Below, in pieces: positions 8,231 to 18,023 of a stretch of 64,000 nucleotides of DNA (the first letter of the stretch is position 1; every line of letters starts with the position of its first letter). The DNA is taken from assembly GCA_041082215.1 (NCBI GenBank), contig JBDOIF010000041.1, positions 1 through 64,000 of the forward strand, in the 5' to 3' direction. The notes beneath the pieces were generated by a model that saw only the letters and a list, made by a program, of their open reading frames with translations, ran no database searches and was not told the origin of the DNA. The DNA is from Anaerolineae bacterium. GTDB lineage: Bacteria; Chloroflexota; Anaerolineae; B4-G1; DUEL01. Both the position numbers and the translations under genes were made by a program.

Positions 8231-9668
8231 TAGAGATGGAAGGGGGCGCCGCCAGCGGCATTTCCGACGTTAACCATTCCGCTGCCCGGGGAACTGGCCG
8301 GCCCGCCACCCCTTTCCGGATCGCGACCTGGTCAATTTCTGCAGCAGTGTATCCTGTGGCGGTGACGAAGAAAGTCAGGTCTCCCTCGCCGATCGGCTCT
8401 TCGGCTGCTTCGCCGACCTCGAAGTCGAAAGCGACCAGCGTATAGCCGGATGGGAGACGGCGGGACAGGCTGGCATAGGCCACCGTTCCGACATTGCCCC
8501 GGTCCACGGCCAGGCCGGTGATCAGGAGCCGCATATGGGCCCCCAGCGTATCTGCCCGTTCGGTGAGGAACCGATTGTAGGCCACCTCGCTGGCCTGGAT
8601 CTCCAGCGAGGCGCAGGGGAGAAACTCGGTCGGCTCCAGATAGACTTTCAGCCCCTCGCACGCCTCGTCCAGCAACTGCTGGGTCAGGAGCGCCCGCGCT
8701 CGGTCCATATCCTCCTGGGAGACCGCCCGCACTTCCTGCGCGGCGCCGCCGGTGGTCGGCTCCGGGTTGGTCACGCGGAGAGCCAGGCCAGCCACGCCAA
8801 GCACCTGGTTAATCTGATTCGGCCCCACATTTCCCACCGGCCCCTCCTCCAGCGCCTCGATGGGAGCGGGAGCCTGACCGAGCGGGGGGACGGTCACATC
8901 CTGTGTCGTGGCGAACCGGATCGGGAAGCTGCCGGAGGAGGTGCGCACGACCGTGCCCGCTGGCACTGTCACCTCCTGGGCCAGCAGGTTGGTGAAAAGG
9001 ACCGTGCCGGTGGCGCGGCCGGATTCGTAGGCGGTGGTGCCGGTTGTCTCAACCTCGATGTATCCTTCAAAGTAATCCCCTACCCGTCGGGCAGGGACGA
9101 GTCCCCGTTCTATATCCACCTCTTCCATCTCCGGGTCGAATACGATGGAGACGGGGAGGATGGTGGTGATCGTCTCCCCCTGGGGGACCAGGGTGATGGT
9201 GGCCGTGGGGACGATGATGTAGGCGGAGGCCAGGAGGGAAAGAAGAGTGAGGACGAAAACCAGCAGCCGGCTTCCCTGGCGGGCGTGGCGCACCCAGGGA
9301 GGCAGGGGACGAGAGGGGGGAGGGATAAGGGGAGGCTTCTCCTCCCACCAGGGGAGGCTGGGTGGCTCCACGACGGGTTGCTCTGGCCGGGGCCACTCAC
9401 GGGCGCCCTCCGCCCGCTCAACCGACGGGAACACGGGCAGCCCTCCCAGACGGACCAGCCTCCGCCGTTCAGGGTCTTCGGAGACGATGGCGATCTCCAG
9501 GCCCAGGCGCTCCGCCTCCCGCCGTACCAGCTCCGCATCCAGCGGGCGGGAGAAGAGGCTGGATTCCCAGGGGAGCACCAGCACAACACGGCCGTCCTGC
9601 GCCCGCCTCAGGCGATCGCGCAGCACGGCCAGGTCGTCCCCTTCCTGCAGGTAAATGACCGCTGTCAT
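8157..9668 (-). CDS. Membrane-anchored baseplate J/gp47-like domain protein
   Basis: TM helix (LLVFVLTLLSLLASAYIIV), then ATGTVLFTN, VPAGTVV, FATTQDV, GPVGNV, VTNPEPTTGG, typical of the Baseplate_J-like fold. Confidence 0.7.
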   Translation of the reverse strand: MTAVIYLQEGDDLAVLRDRLRRAQDGRVVLVLPWESSLFSRPLDAELVRREAERLGLEIAIVSEDPERRRLVRLGGLPVFPSVERAEGAREWPRPEQPVVEPPSLPWWEEKPPLIPPPSRPLPPWVRHARQGSRLLVFVLTLLSLLASAYIIVPTATITLVPQGETITTILPVSIVFDPEMEEVDIERGLVPARRVGDYFEGYIEVETTGTTAYESGRATGTVLFTNLLAQEVTVPAGTVVRTSSGSFPIRFATTQDVTVPPLGQAPAPIEALEEGPVGNVGPNQINQVLGVAGLALRVTNPEPTTGGAAQEVRAVSQEDMDRARALLTQQLLDEACEGLKVYLEPTEFLPCASLEIQASEVAYNRFLTERADTLGAHMRLLITGLAVDRGNVGTVAYASLSRRLPSGYTLVAFDFEVGEAAEEPIGEGDLTFFVTATGYTAAEIDQVAIRKGVAGRPVPRAAEWLTSEMPLAAPPSISIWPEWLNRVPVLPPRIEVRVVAQM

Positions 9669-9674
9669 CCTCCC

Positions 9675-12431
9675 CTATTCTGCCAGCATCTCCTGCAGCA
9701 GGGCGGGCGCCTTGCGGATGGCCTCGTCCAGCCGGCGGATATCCCTGCCCCCTGCCTGGGCCAGCGTGGGGCGGCCGCCGCCGCCGCCACCGACCACGCT
9801 GGCGACGCCCCGCACCAGCCTTACCGCATCCACTCCCCGTTCCACCAGGTCGGGGGTCACGGCGGAGACAAAGGCGGGCCGGTCGCCCACCACAGCTCCC
9901 AGGACCGCCACACCGGACCCGATCCGCTCCCGGTACCAGTCGGTCATCTCCCGCAGGGTCTCCATATCCGGTACTTCCACCCGGGCGGCCAGAAAGGAGA
10001 TCCCCTTGACCTTCTGTACCTGACTCAGGAGCTGTTCGAACTGGAAGCGGGCCAGCCGTCGCTGGAGCCGGGCGATCTCCTTGCGGGCAGCCTGAAGCTC
10101 CCCCAGCGCATCCTGCACCTTCTGCTCCAATTGCTCGGCCGGGCAGGAGAGATGGGCGGCGGTGCTCTCCAGGGCCTGCGCGTTGCGCAGCGCCCACTCG
10201 ACCGCCCCGCGGCCGGTCACCGCCTCGATGCGCCGCACCCCTGCGCCGATCCCCTGCTCGGAGGTGATAAAGAAACAGCCGATCTCCCCCGTCTCGTTGA
10301 CGTGCGTACCGCCGCACAGCTCCTGGCTCAGCGGCTCGTCGGGCCAGCCGACGCGGAGCACCCGCACCACATCCCCGTACTTTTCTCCGAAGAGGGCGAT
10401 CACCCCCTCCTCAAGGGCCTCGCGGTACGGCCTGTATTCCCATGTTACCGGGTAGTTGATCAGGATCACTTCGTTGACCGACCGGACCACCCGTTCCAGC
10501 TCCTCCCGGGTCAGCGGGTCGGAGTGGGTGAAATCAAAGCGGAGCCGGTCCGGTGTAACAAGGGAGCCGGCCTGCTGGACGTGCTCGCCGAGGATGTAGC
10601 GAAGCTCGTTGTGGAGGAGATGGGTGGCAGTGTGGTTGCGGGCGATGTCCATCCGCCGCTCGTAGTCCACCATCGCCCAGGCTACATCGCCAACGCGGGG
10701 TTCTCCGAGGGTGACCCTCCCCACGTGGACGATGAGGCCAGAGGCCGGACGCCTTGTGTCGTGGACGGCGATCTCCCAGAGGGGTTCTTCCCCGTCCTCC
10801 GGGTAGGCGGCGATAACCCCCGTGTCCGATACCTGTCCGCCCGACTCGACGTAGAAGCAGGTCTCCGGCAGCACCACTTCCACCGGATCGCCCACCTTTG
10901 CCGATTGGACCGGCTTTCCTTCCCGCAGGATCGCCGCCAGGGTGGTCTCGACCTCGGTTGCCGAGTAGGGGTCGTGGGCCACGCCCTCGTCTGTCAGAAC
11001 GCCCTTTTCCTGCAGCTCTTCCAGGAGTTGCCGGTATATCCGCAGCCCTTCCTCATCGGCTGCCTCAAATGTCTCTGCGGCCCGTGCCCGTTCCCGCTGG
11101 GCCTCCAGGGCGGTATGGTATCCCTCTTCGTCCACCGATAGCCCCTGTTCTTCGGCCACGTCGCGGGTGATCTCCAGAGGGAGGCCGAAGGTGTCGTAGA
11201 GGTGGAAGGCCTCCTCGCCGCTCACCACCCGGTCGCCGCGGGCCTTTGTCCGCTCCAGCACCTCGTCGAGGCGGGCCAGTCCCAGGTCCAGCGTGCGGAG
11301 GAAGCGGCGCTCCTCCTGCCGGATGGTGGTGAGGATGAACGCCCGCCGCTTCTCCAGCTCTGGAAAGACGGCCCCCATCCGCTCGATGACAACCCGGGCC
11401 ACCTGGTCCATAAACGGCTCCGTGAAACCGACCTTGCGGCCGAAGCGGATCGCGCGGCGGAGGATCATGCGCAGGACATAGTTGCGGCCTTCGTTGCCCG
11501 GGATCACCCCGTCGCCGATGAGGAAAGTGACCGCCCGGCCGTGGTCGGCAATGACCCGATAGCCGACGATCTGGCGTTCCCGCTCGTCGTCGGAGTGGCC
11601 CAGTAACTCCTGTACCCGGTCCATAATGGGGGTGAAGAGGTCGGTCTTGTAGTTGGAGTCCACCCCCTGCAGGATGGCCGTCGCCCGCTCCAGCCCCATC
11701 CCTGTATCCACATGGCAGGCCGGAAGCGGCTCAAGGGTCCCATCCGCCTTATGGTCGTACTGGATGAAGACCAGGTTCCAGAGTTCCAGGAATCGGCCGC
11801 AGTCCCTGTTGACGCCGCAGACGTGGGTGGGATCGTCTTTCCGGTCGCAGAACTCCAGCCCCCGGTCGTAGTGGATCTCGCTGCAGGGGCCGCAGGGGCC
11901 GGTATCCCCCATCTCCCAGAAATTGTCCTTGCGGCCGAAGAAGAGGACGTGGGAGGGGTCTATGCCGGTTTCCGAGCGCCAGTAACCGGCGGCTTCCTCA
12001 TCCCGTCCCAATTCACCCTTATCGTCCTCGAAGCAGGTTGCCCAGAGCCGCCCCGGCTCCAGCCCCCACTCCCGGGTGAGCAACTCCCAGGCCCAGGCGA
12101 TAGCCTCTTTCTTGTAGTAGTCGCCGAAGGACCAGTTGCCGAGCATTTCAAAGAAGGTGTGATGGTAGCCGTCCCGCCCCACGTCTTCCAGATCGTTGTG
12201 CTTGCCGGAGACGCGCATGCACTTCTGGGTGTCGGCCGCCCGGGTGTAAGGGCGGGTGCCGATACCCAGGAAGACGTCCTTGAACTGGTTCATCCCGGCG
12301 TTGGTGAAGAGAAGCGTGGGGTCGTCGGCGGGAACCAGGCTGGAGCTGGGGACGATGGTATGCCCCCTGGCGGCAAAAAAGTCCAGGAAGCTCTGCCGCA
12401 CCTTATCGCTGGTCCATCTCTTCTCGCTCAT
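9675..12431 (-). CDS. alaS: Alanine--tRNA ligase
   Basis: DPTLLFTNAGMNQFK, HHTFFEMLGNWSFGDY, NHTATHLLH, ELCGGTH, GGGGGRPTLAQAGG. Confidence 0.98.
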   Translation of the reverse strand: MSEKRWTSDKVRQSFLDFFAARGHTIVPSSSLVPADDPTLLFTNAGMNQFKDVFLGIGTRPYTRAADTQKCMRVSGKHNDLEDVGRDGYHHTFFEMLGNWSFGDYYKKEAIAWAWELLTREWGLEPGRLWATCFEDDKGELGRDEEAAGYWRSETGIDPSHVLFFGRKDNFWEMGDTGPCGPCSEIHYDRGLEFCDRKDDPTHVCGVNRDCGRFLELWNLVFIQYDHKADGTLEPLPACHVDTGMGLERATAILQGVDSNYKTDLFTPIMDRVQELLGHSDDERERQIVGYRVIADHGRAVTFLIGDGVIPGNEGRNYVLRMILRRAIRFGRKVGFTEPFMDQVARVVIERMGAVFPELEKRRAFILTTIRQEERRFLRTLDLGLARLDEVLERTKARGDRVVSGEEAFHLYDTFGLPLEITRDVAEEQGLSVDEEGYHTALEAQRERARAAETFEAADEEGLRIYRQLLEELQEKGVLTDEGVAHDPYSATEVETTLAAILREGKPVQSAKVGDPVEVVLPETCFYVESGGQVSDTGVIAAYPEDGEEPLWEIAVHDTRRPASGLIVHVGRVTLGEPRVGDVAWAMVDYERRMDIARNHTATHLLHNELRYILGEHVQQAGSLVTPDRLRFDFTHSDPLTREELERVVRSVNEVILINYPVTWEYRPYREALEEGVIALFGEKYGDVVRVLRVGWPDEPLSQELCGGTHVNETGEIGCFFITSEQGIGAGVRRIEAVTGRGAVEWALRNAQALESTAAHLSCPAEQLEQKVQDALGELQAARKEIARLQRRLARFQFEQLLSQVQKVKGISFLAARVEVPDMETLREMTDWYRERIGSGVAVLGAVVGDRPAFVSAVTPDLVERGVDAVRLVRGVASVVGGGGGGRPTLAQAGGRDIRRLDEAIRKAPALLQEMLAE

Positions 12432-12507
12432 TGGGTGCTCGCTCCCCCCATCAGGGTGCAGGTCATTTTAGCCGAAAGGGGGGAAACTGTCAATCTGGTT
12501 GCTGGTG

Positions 12508-12657
12508 GAGGTGTATTTCAGTTTGGGGGCGAGATGTCCCTGGCCCGGGCCGGACCTGGGGAAACACGAATGGCGCGAATGGAAACGAATACCGCGAATG
12601 GGGCATGTATCCCTCATATTCGCTATATTCGGGCCATTCGTGGGATTCGCGAACCAC
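12508..12657 (+). mobile_element. MITE-like repeat, copy 1 (left end and internal hairpin)
   Basis: 150 bp matching the reverse complement of 43831-43980, first ~98 bp identical; begins GGTGTATTTCAGTTTGGGGGCGAG. Confidence 0.75.
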
Positions 12658-12788
12658 TCTCCCTTTCCCCCCGCGCCGTGGAGCCGGAGCTGGTCCCCCA
12701 CGTTCTCCGCTTCGCCGGCCACGGCTGGGGGCGAGGAGGCCGAGATCCAGCGCGGCGGTCGGGTCCGTGATTGGCTGGCGGAGGTGCC

Positions 12789-12868
12789 TTCGTATAGCCT
12801 GAGAGTGTGCTTCAGAGAACATCCCAACCGCTGGAGGTGAGGGAGGCTCGGTTTTTTGACTACACGAA
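12789..12868 (+). repeat. ~80-bp element with conserved ends TTCGTATAGCCTGA...TGACTACACGAA
   Basis: Same two end motifs with 81-bp span at 40877-40957. Confidence 0.55.
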
Positions 12869-12883
12869 AATGTCCGGGAGCGC

Positions 12884-12912
12884 TTGACAATTCGCCCCCC
12901 ATCCGCTATATT
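12884..12912 (+). promoter_or_regulatory. sigma70 promoter of the carboxyltransferase operon
   Basis: TTGACA-17 nt-TATATT. Confidence 0.75.
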
Positions 12913-12957
12913 CCCACCACGGAATACGCAACACGAAATACGCAACCCGGAGGCCCC

Positions 12958-14503
<1,546 letters not shown>

Positions 14504-14508
<5 letters not shown>

Positions 14509-14558
14509 TGTATGACGCATGACGCATGACGTATGATGCGTCAGGCGTCAAACGTCAG
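14504..14558 (+). repeat. Heptamer tandem repeat with inverted part
   Basis: tatgatg tatgacg catgacg catgacg tatgatg then cgtcagg cgtcaaa cgtcagg. Confidence 0.7.
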
Positions 14559-14575
14559 GGGCACAGGAGGTTGCG

Positions 14576-14923
14576 GTGGAGAGAAAGCAGAACATCCGCC
14601 AGGTGGCGTCCCGGCTCACCCGCCCCTTCGAGCACCTGATCATCGGCCAGGTGGACGATTACTGCGCCTATCTGACCCGCATCGAGGGGACCTATGTTTT
14701 CCACCACCACCCCCGGGATGAGATGTACCTGGTGCTGGAGGGCGAGATCGTCATTGATTACGGTGATGGCTCCAGCGTTACCATAGGCCAGGGGGAGAGC
14801 CTGGTGGTGAAGGCGGGGCTGAAACACCGGTCCCGGTCGGAAAAGGGAGCACTGGTGCTGATGTTCAAGGCGAGGGATCTATTTGCGAGGGAGAACACAG
14901 ATCAGCAGGATTTGACGGATTGA
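14576..14923 (+). CDS. Cupin domain protein
   Basis: SD aggagg, GTG start; FHHHPRDEMYLVLEG...GESLVVKAGLKH cupin motifs. Confidence 0.85.
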   Translation: MERKQNIRQVASRLTRPFEHLIIGQVDDYCAYLTRIEGTYVFHHHPRDEMYLVLEGEIVIDYGDGSSVTIGQGESLVVKAGLKHRSRSEKGALVLMFKARDLFARENTDQQDLTD

Positions 14924-15010
14924 GTCGTTAACCCCAATCCGTTAATCCTGCCAATCCGTTCCTGCTAATCCGTTAAACCTACTAATCCGTTAATCCTGCT
15001 AATCCGTGTT
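14894..15010. repeat. AATCCGTTAATCCTGCT-type repeat cluster (one inverted copy plus ~4.5 tandem units)
   Basis: Inverted copy at 14894-14921; tandem units at 14936-15010 ending directly at the ATG of the GxxExxY gene. Confidence 0.85.
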
Positions 15011-15805
15011 ATGCTACTCTACAGGGAACTCACAGGAACAATCATAGGCATATATTACGACGTCTACAACGGCACCTCCCGCACCTACCCCGAGTACATC
15101 TACGAGAACGCAATGATGGCCGAACTGAGGGATCGAGGTATCCCATGCCGACGTCAGGAGGAGTATCAGGTTCACTACAAGGGCCAACTGGTTGGCCTGC
15201 AACAGCTCGACCTGTTCGTCGCTGGCGAGGTCTGTGTGGAACTGAAAACTGCGCCTGCCCTGCTCCCAATCCACAAGGCGCAGGCCATCTCCTATCTCAA
15301 GACCATCGGCAAGCGTGTGGGCCTGCTTTTCAACTTTGGCAGTTCCGACCCAGAATTCGAGCGCCTCTATTTCGAACCCAGGCTGCCCCAGAACAACTCC
15401 AACAGCCTCTCCCATGCCCTTTCGGAGTTCCCGGACACCTATCTCTCCCCCGAGCTGACCCACGAAATCATTGGCGGGCTGTTCGAGGTCCATTCCACCC
15501 TCGGCCCGGGCTTCATCCATCGCATTTATGCCAATGCCTGCTATCACGAACTCCGATTGCGTGGCCTGGAGGTACGTCCGCAGAAAGCCTACCAGGTCAT
15601 CTACAAGGGATGTCCCATTGGCGAGATAAGCTTCGGGCATCTGCTTGTCAACGGTTCGGTATTTGTCTTTCCCGTCGCCATCCAGGACCCCAACGACATT
15701 CACATCAACAACCTCAAAGACTGGATGCGCGCCCAGAGCATTCCCATCGCCATCCTCGCCAATTTTTACGACACCAGCTTGCGCCCAATGGTTCTGCGTA
15801 TATGA
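15011..15805 (+). CDS. Tandem two-domain GxxExxY family protein (PD-(D/E)xK nuclease-like)
   Basis: Two homologous ~120-aa halves (ELTGTIIG...PEYIYENA...DLFV...VELK...GLLFNFG and ELTHEIIG...GPGFIHRIYANA...ILANF). Confidence 0.85.
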   Translation: MLLYRELTGTIIGIYYDVYNGTSRTYPEYIYENAMMAELRDRGIPCRRQEEYQVHYKGQLVGLQQLDLFVAGEVCVELKTAPALLPIHKAQAISYLKTIGKRVGLLFNFGSSDPEFERLYFEPRLPQNNSNSLSHALSEFPDTYLSPELTHEIIGGLFEVHSTLGPGFIHRIYANACYHELRLRGLEVRPQKAYQVIYKGCPIGEISFGHLLVNGSVFVFPVAIQDPNDIHINNLKDWMRAQSIPIAILANFYDTSLRPMVLRI

Positions 15806-15830
15806 TCCGTTAATCCTGCTCATCCGTGTT
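15805..15830 (+). repeat. 26-bp direct repeat closing the GxxExxY cassette
   Basis: atccgttaatcctgctcatccgtgtt versus 14985-15010 atccgttaatcctgctaatccgtgtt (25/26). Confidence 0.9.
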
Positions 15831-15841
15831 CTGGAGATGCT

Positions 15842-17350
15842 ATGAAACCGCTAAAGATTTGCGACCTCATGCTTCGCGACGGCCATCAATCCCTCCTCGC
15901 CACCCGCATGCGCACCGATGATATGCTCCCCATCGCCGAGAAGATTGACCGGGTGGGGTACTGGGCGGTGGAGATGTGGGGTGGAGCCACGTTCGATTCG
16001 GCCATGCGGTTTCTGGATGAGAACCCGTGGGACCGCATCCGCCGCCTCAAAGAGCGGATGCCCAACACCCCTTTCATGATGCTCCTGCGGGGGCAGAACA
16101 TCGTCGGTTACCGCCACTACCCGGACGATGTGGTGGAGCGGTTCATCGTCCACGCCCACGCCAACGGCATAGACATTTTCCGCATCTTCGATGCCCTCAA
16201 CGACGTGCGCAATATGCGCTGGGCGATGGAGGTGGCCAAACGGGAGGGAGCCCATGTCCAGGGGGCCATCTCCTACACCATCGGCCCGCCCTACAGCATA
16301 GATTACTTCGTCGAACTGGCCCTCCAGCTGGCCGAGATGGGCTCCGATTCCATCTGCATTAAGGATATGGCCGGCCTCATCACCCCCTACGCCGCCTACG
16401 AGCTGGTCCGTCGCCTCAAAGCTGAGCTGGAGATCCCCATCCTCCTCCATTCCCACTCCACCAGCGGCATGGCGACCACCGCCCACCTGAAAGCGGTAGA
16501 GGCGGGGGTGGACATTGTGGATACGGCCATCTCCTCCCTTTCCCTCACCACCTCCCATCCCCCCACCGAGTCCATCGTGGCCATGCTGAAGGGGACAGAG
16601 CGAGATACGGGGCTGGACCTCGACCTGCTGGCCGATATCGCCGCCCATTTCGCCCAGGTCCGCCGGAAGTACGCCCGCTTCGAAAGCGGGATGTTCGGCG
16701 TGGATGTGCGCGTCCTGCAGTATCAGATCCCTGGAGGGATGCTCTCCAACCTGGTCTCCCAGCTCCGTGCTCAGAACGCCGAGGACAGGTACGAAGAAGT
16801 GCTGGCGGAAGTGCCACGGGTGCGGGCCGAGCTGGGTTACCCGCCGCTGGTCACCCCTTCCAGCCAGATCGTCGGCACCCAGGCCACCCTCAACGTGCTG
16901 ATGGGGGAACGGTACAAGGTGATCCCCAGGGAAGTCAGGGACTACATCCGCGGCCTTTATGGCCGCCCGCCCGCACCGATAGACCCGGAGGTGAAGCGGA
17001 AGGCCATTGGGGACGAGGAGCCCATTCAGTGCCGCCCGGCCGACCTGCTGGAGCCGGGGATGCCCAGGGCGTGGGAGGAGATCGGCGACCTGGCCCGCAG
17101 CGAGGAAGATGTCATCTCTTATGCCCTCTTTCCCCAGATAGCCCGTCCCTTCCTGGAGCGGCGCGCCCGTGGTGGGGACGGCCGGGAGCCGGTGGTCGCT
17201 GCCATCGCCGGCCTGCTCCTGAAGCGGCTGGAAGCCCGGACTGCCGCCCAACCTGCCGCCGGCCCTGCCATCTCCCCCTGGAAAGTCTCCTGGCGTCCCG
17301 GCTCCGGCCACTGGTGGGGCCTCATAGACGGCGCCGGCGGTATGCGCTAG
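15842..17350 (+). CDS. Pyruvate/oxaloacetate carboxyltransferase (transcarboxylase 5S / OadA / PycB family)
   Basis: LRDGHQSLLATRM, EMWGGATFD, MLLRGQN, IKDMAG, PGGMLSNL, GYPPLVTPSSQIVG; no biotinyl domain. Confidence 0.93.
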   Translation: MKPLKICDLMLRDGHQSLLATRMRTDDMLPIAEKIDRVGYWAVEMWGGATFDSAMRFLDENPWDRIRRLKERMPNTPFMMLLRGQNIVGYRHYPDDVVERFIVHAHANGIDIFRIFDALNDVRNMRWAMEVAKREGAHVQGAISYTIGPPYSIDYFVELALQLAEMGSDSICIKDMAGLITPYAAYELVRRLKAELEIPILLHSHSTSGMATTAHLKAVEAGVDIVDTAISSLSLTTSHPPTESIVAMLKGTERDTGLDLDLLADIAAHFAQVRRKYARFESGMFGVDVRVLQYQIPGGMLSNLVSQLRAQNAEDRYEEVLAEVPRVRAELGYPPLVTPSSQIVGTQATLNVLMGERYKVIPREVRDYIRGLYGRPPAPIDPEVKRKAIGDEEPIQCRPADLLEPGMPRAWEEIGDLARSEEDVISYALFPQIARPFLERRARGGDGREPVVAAIAGLLLKRLEARTAAQPAAGPAISPWKVSWRPGSGHWWGLIDGAGGMR

Positions 17351-17400
17351 CAACCAGCGACCAGCGACTGGCAACGAGTAACGAGTAACGAGCAACCAGC
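17349..17400 (+). repeat. Heptamer tandem repeat
   Basis: agcaacc agcgacc agcgact ggcaacg agtaacg agtaacg agcaacc. Confidence 0.75.
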
Positions 17401-17414
17401 TCCGGAGTCAACCG

Positions 17415-17906
17415 ATGAAACAGGAATTCACCATCATCCTTAACGGCGTCCAGTATCCCATCGTTGTCGAAGGGGAGACCATCACCGTTAATGGCCGTCC
17501 CTTCACCGTGGAAGTGGCCGACGACGGCACGGTGCTGGTGGACGGGATCGCCTACGAAGTCGCCCTGGAGGGGGATACAGCCATCGTCGGCGAGGAACGG
17601 TTGCCCCTTGAGGTCAAAGGACTGACCGTTGCTGTGGCTGCCGCCCCCACCCCGCCTGCCGCTGCCCCCACCCTCCCCGCTGGCGAGGCGGGCCTGGGTG
17701 CGGTCCTCGCCATCATGCCCGGTAAAATCGTCCGCGTGATGGTGGAACCCGGCCAGGAGGTACAAGAAGGAAGTGCAGTTTGTGTATTGGAAGCAATGAA
17801 AATGGAAAACGAACTCCATGCTCGCAAAAGCGGCACGGTCAGGGCCGTATATGTGAAACCCGGCGACGATGTGGAGAAGGATCAGGTTCTGGTGGAGATC
17901 GAGTGA
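17415..17906 (+). CDS. Biotin carboxyl carrier protein (1.3S-like)
   Basis: Ala/Pro linker, MPGKI, LEAMKMENE biotinylation motif. Confidence 0.93.
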   Translation: MKQEFTIILNGVQYPIVVEGETITVNGRPFTVEVADDGTVLVDGIAYEVALEGDTAIVGEERLPLEVKGLTVAVAAAPTPPAAAPTLPAGEAGLGAVLAIMPGKIVRVMVEPGQEVQEGSAVCVLEAMKMENELHARKSGTVRAVYVKPGDDVEKDQVLVEIE

Positions 17907-17987
17907 CCAGACGTCTATCACTACCAGCCTGGGACGAACGTTAATTGCCATACGCGCCGGAAGAGACTAAAATAAAGCATCGAAAGA

Positions 17988-18013
17988 ATCCGTAAATCCA
18001 GCCTATCCGTGTT
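17988..18013 (+). repeat. Diverged solo copy of the 26-bp GxxExxY-flanking repeat
   Basis: atccgtaaatccagcctatccgtgtt, followed by ctaaggacat-ATG of the HdrA-like gene. Confidence 0.65.
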
Positions 18014-18023
18014 CTAAGGACAT

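Noticed and set aside
8157..9668. Prophage or contractile injection system
   Set aside because: No other tail, capsid or lysis genes; flanked by housekeeping genes.
12788..12798. loxP-like half site (CTTCGTATAGC)
   Set aside because: Short match only; no second arm at 8-bp spacing and no Cre-like gene.
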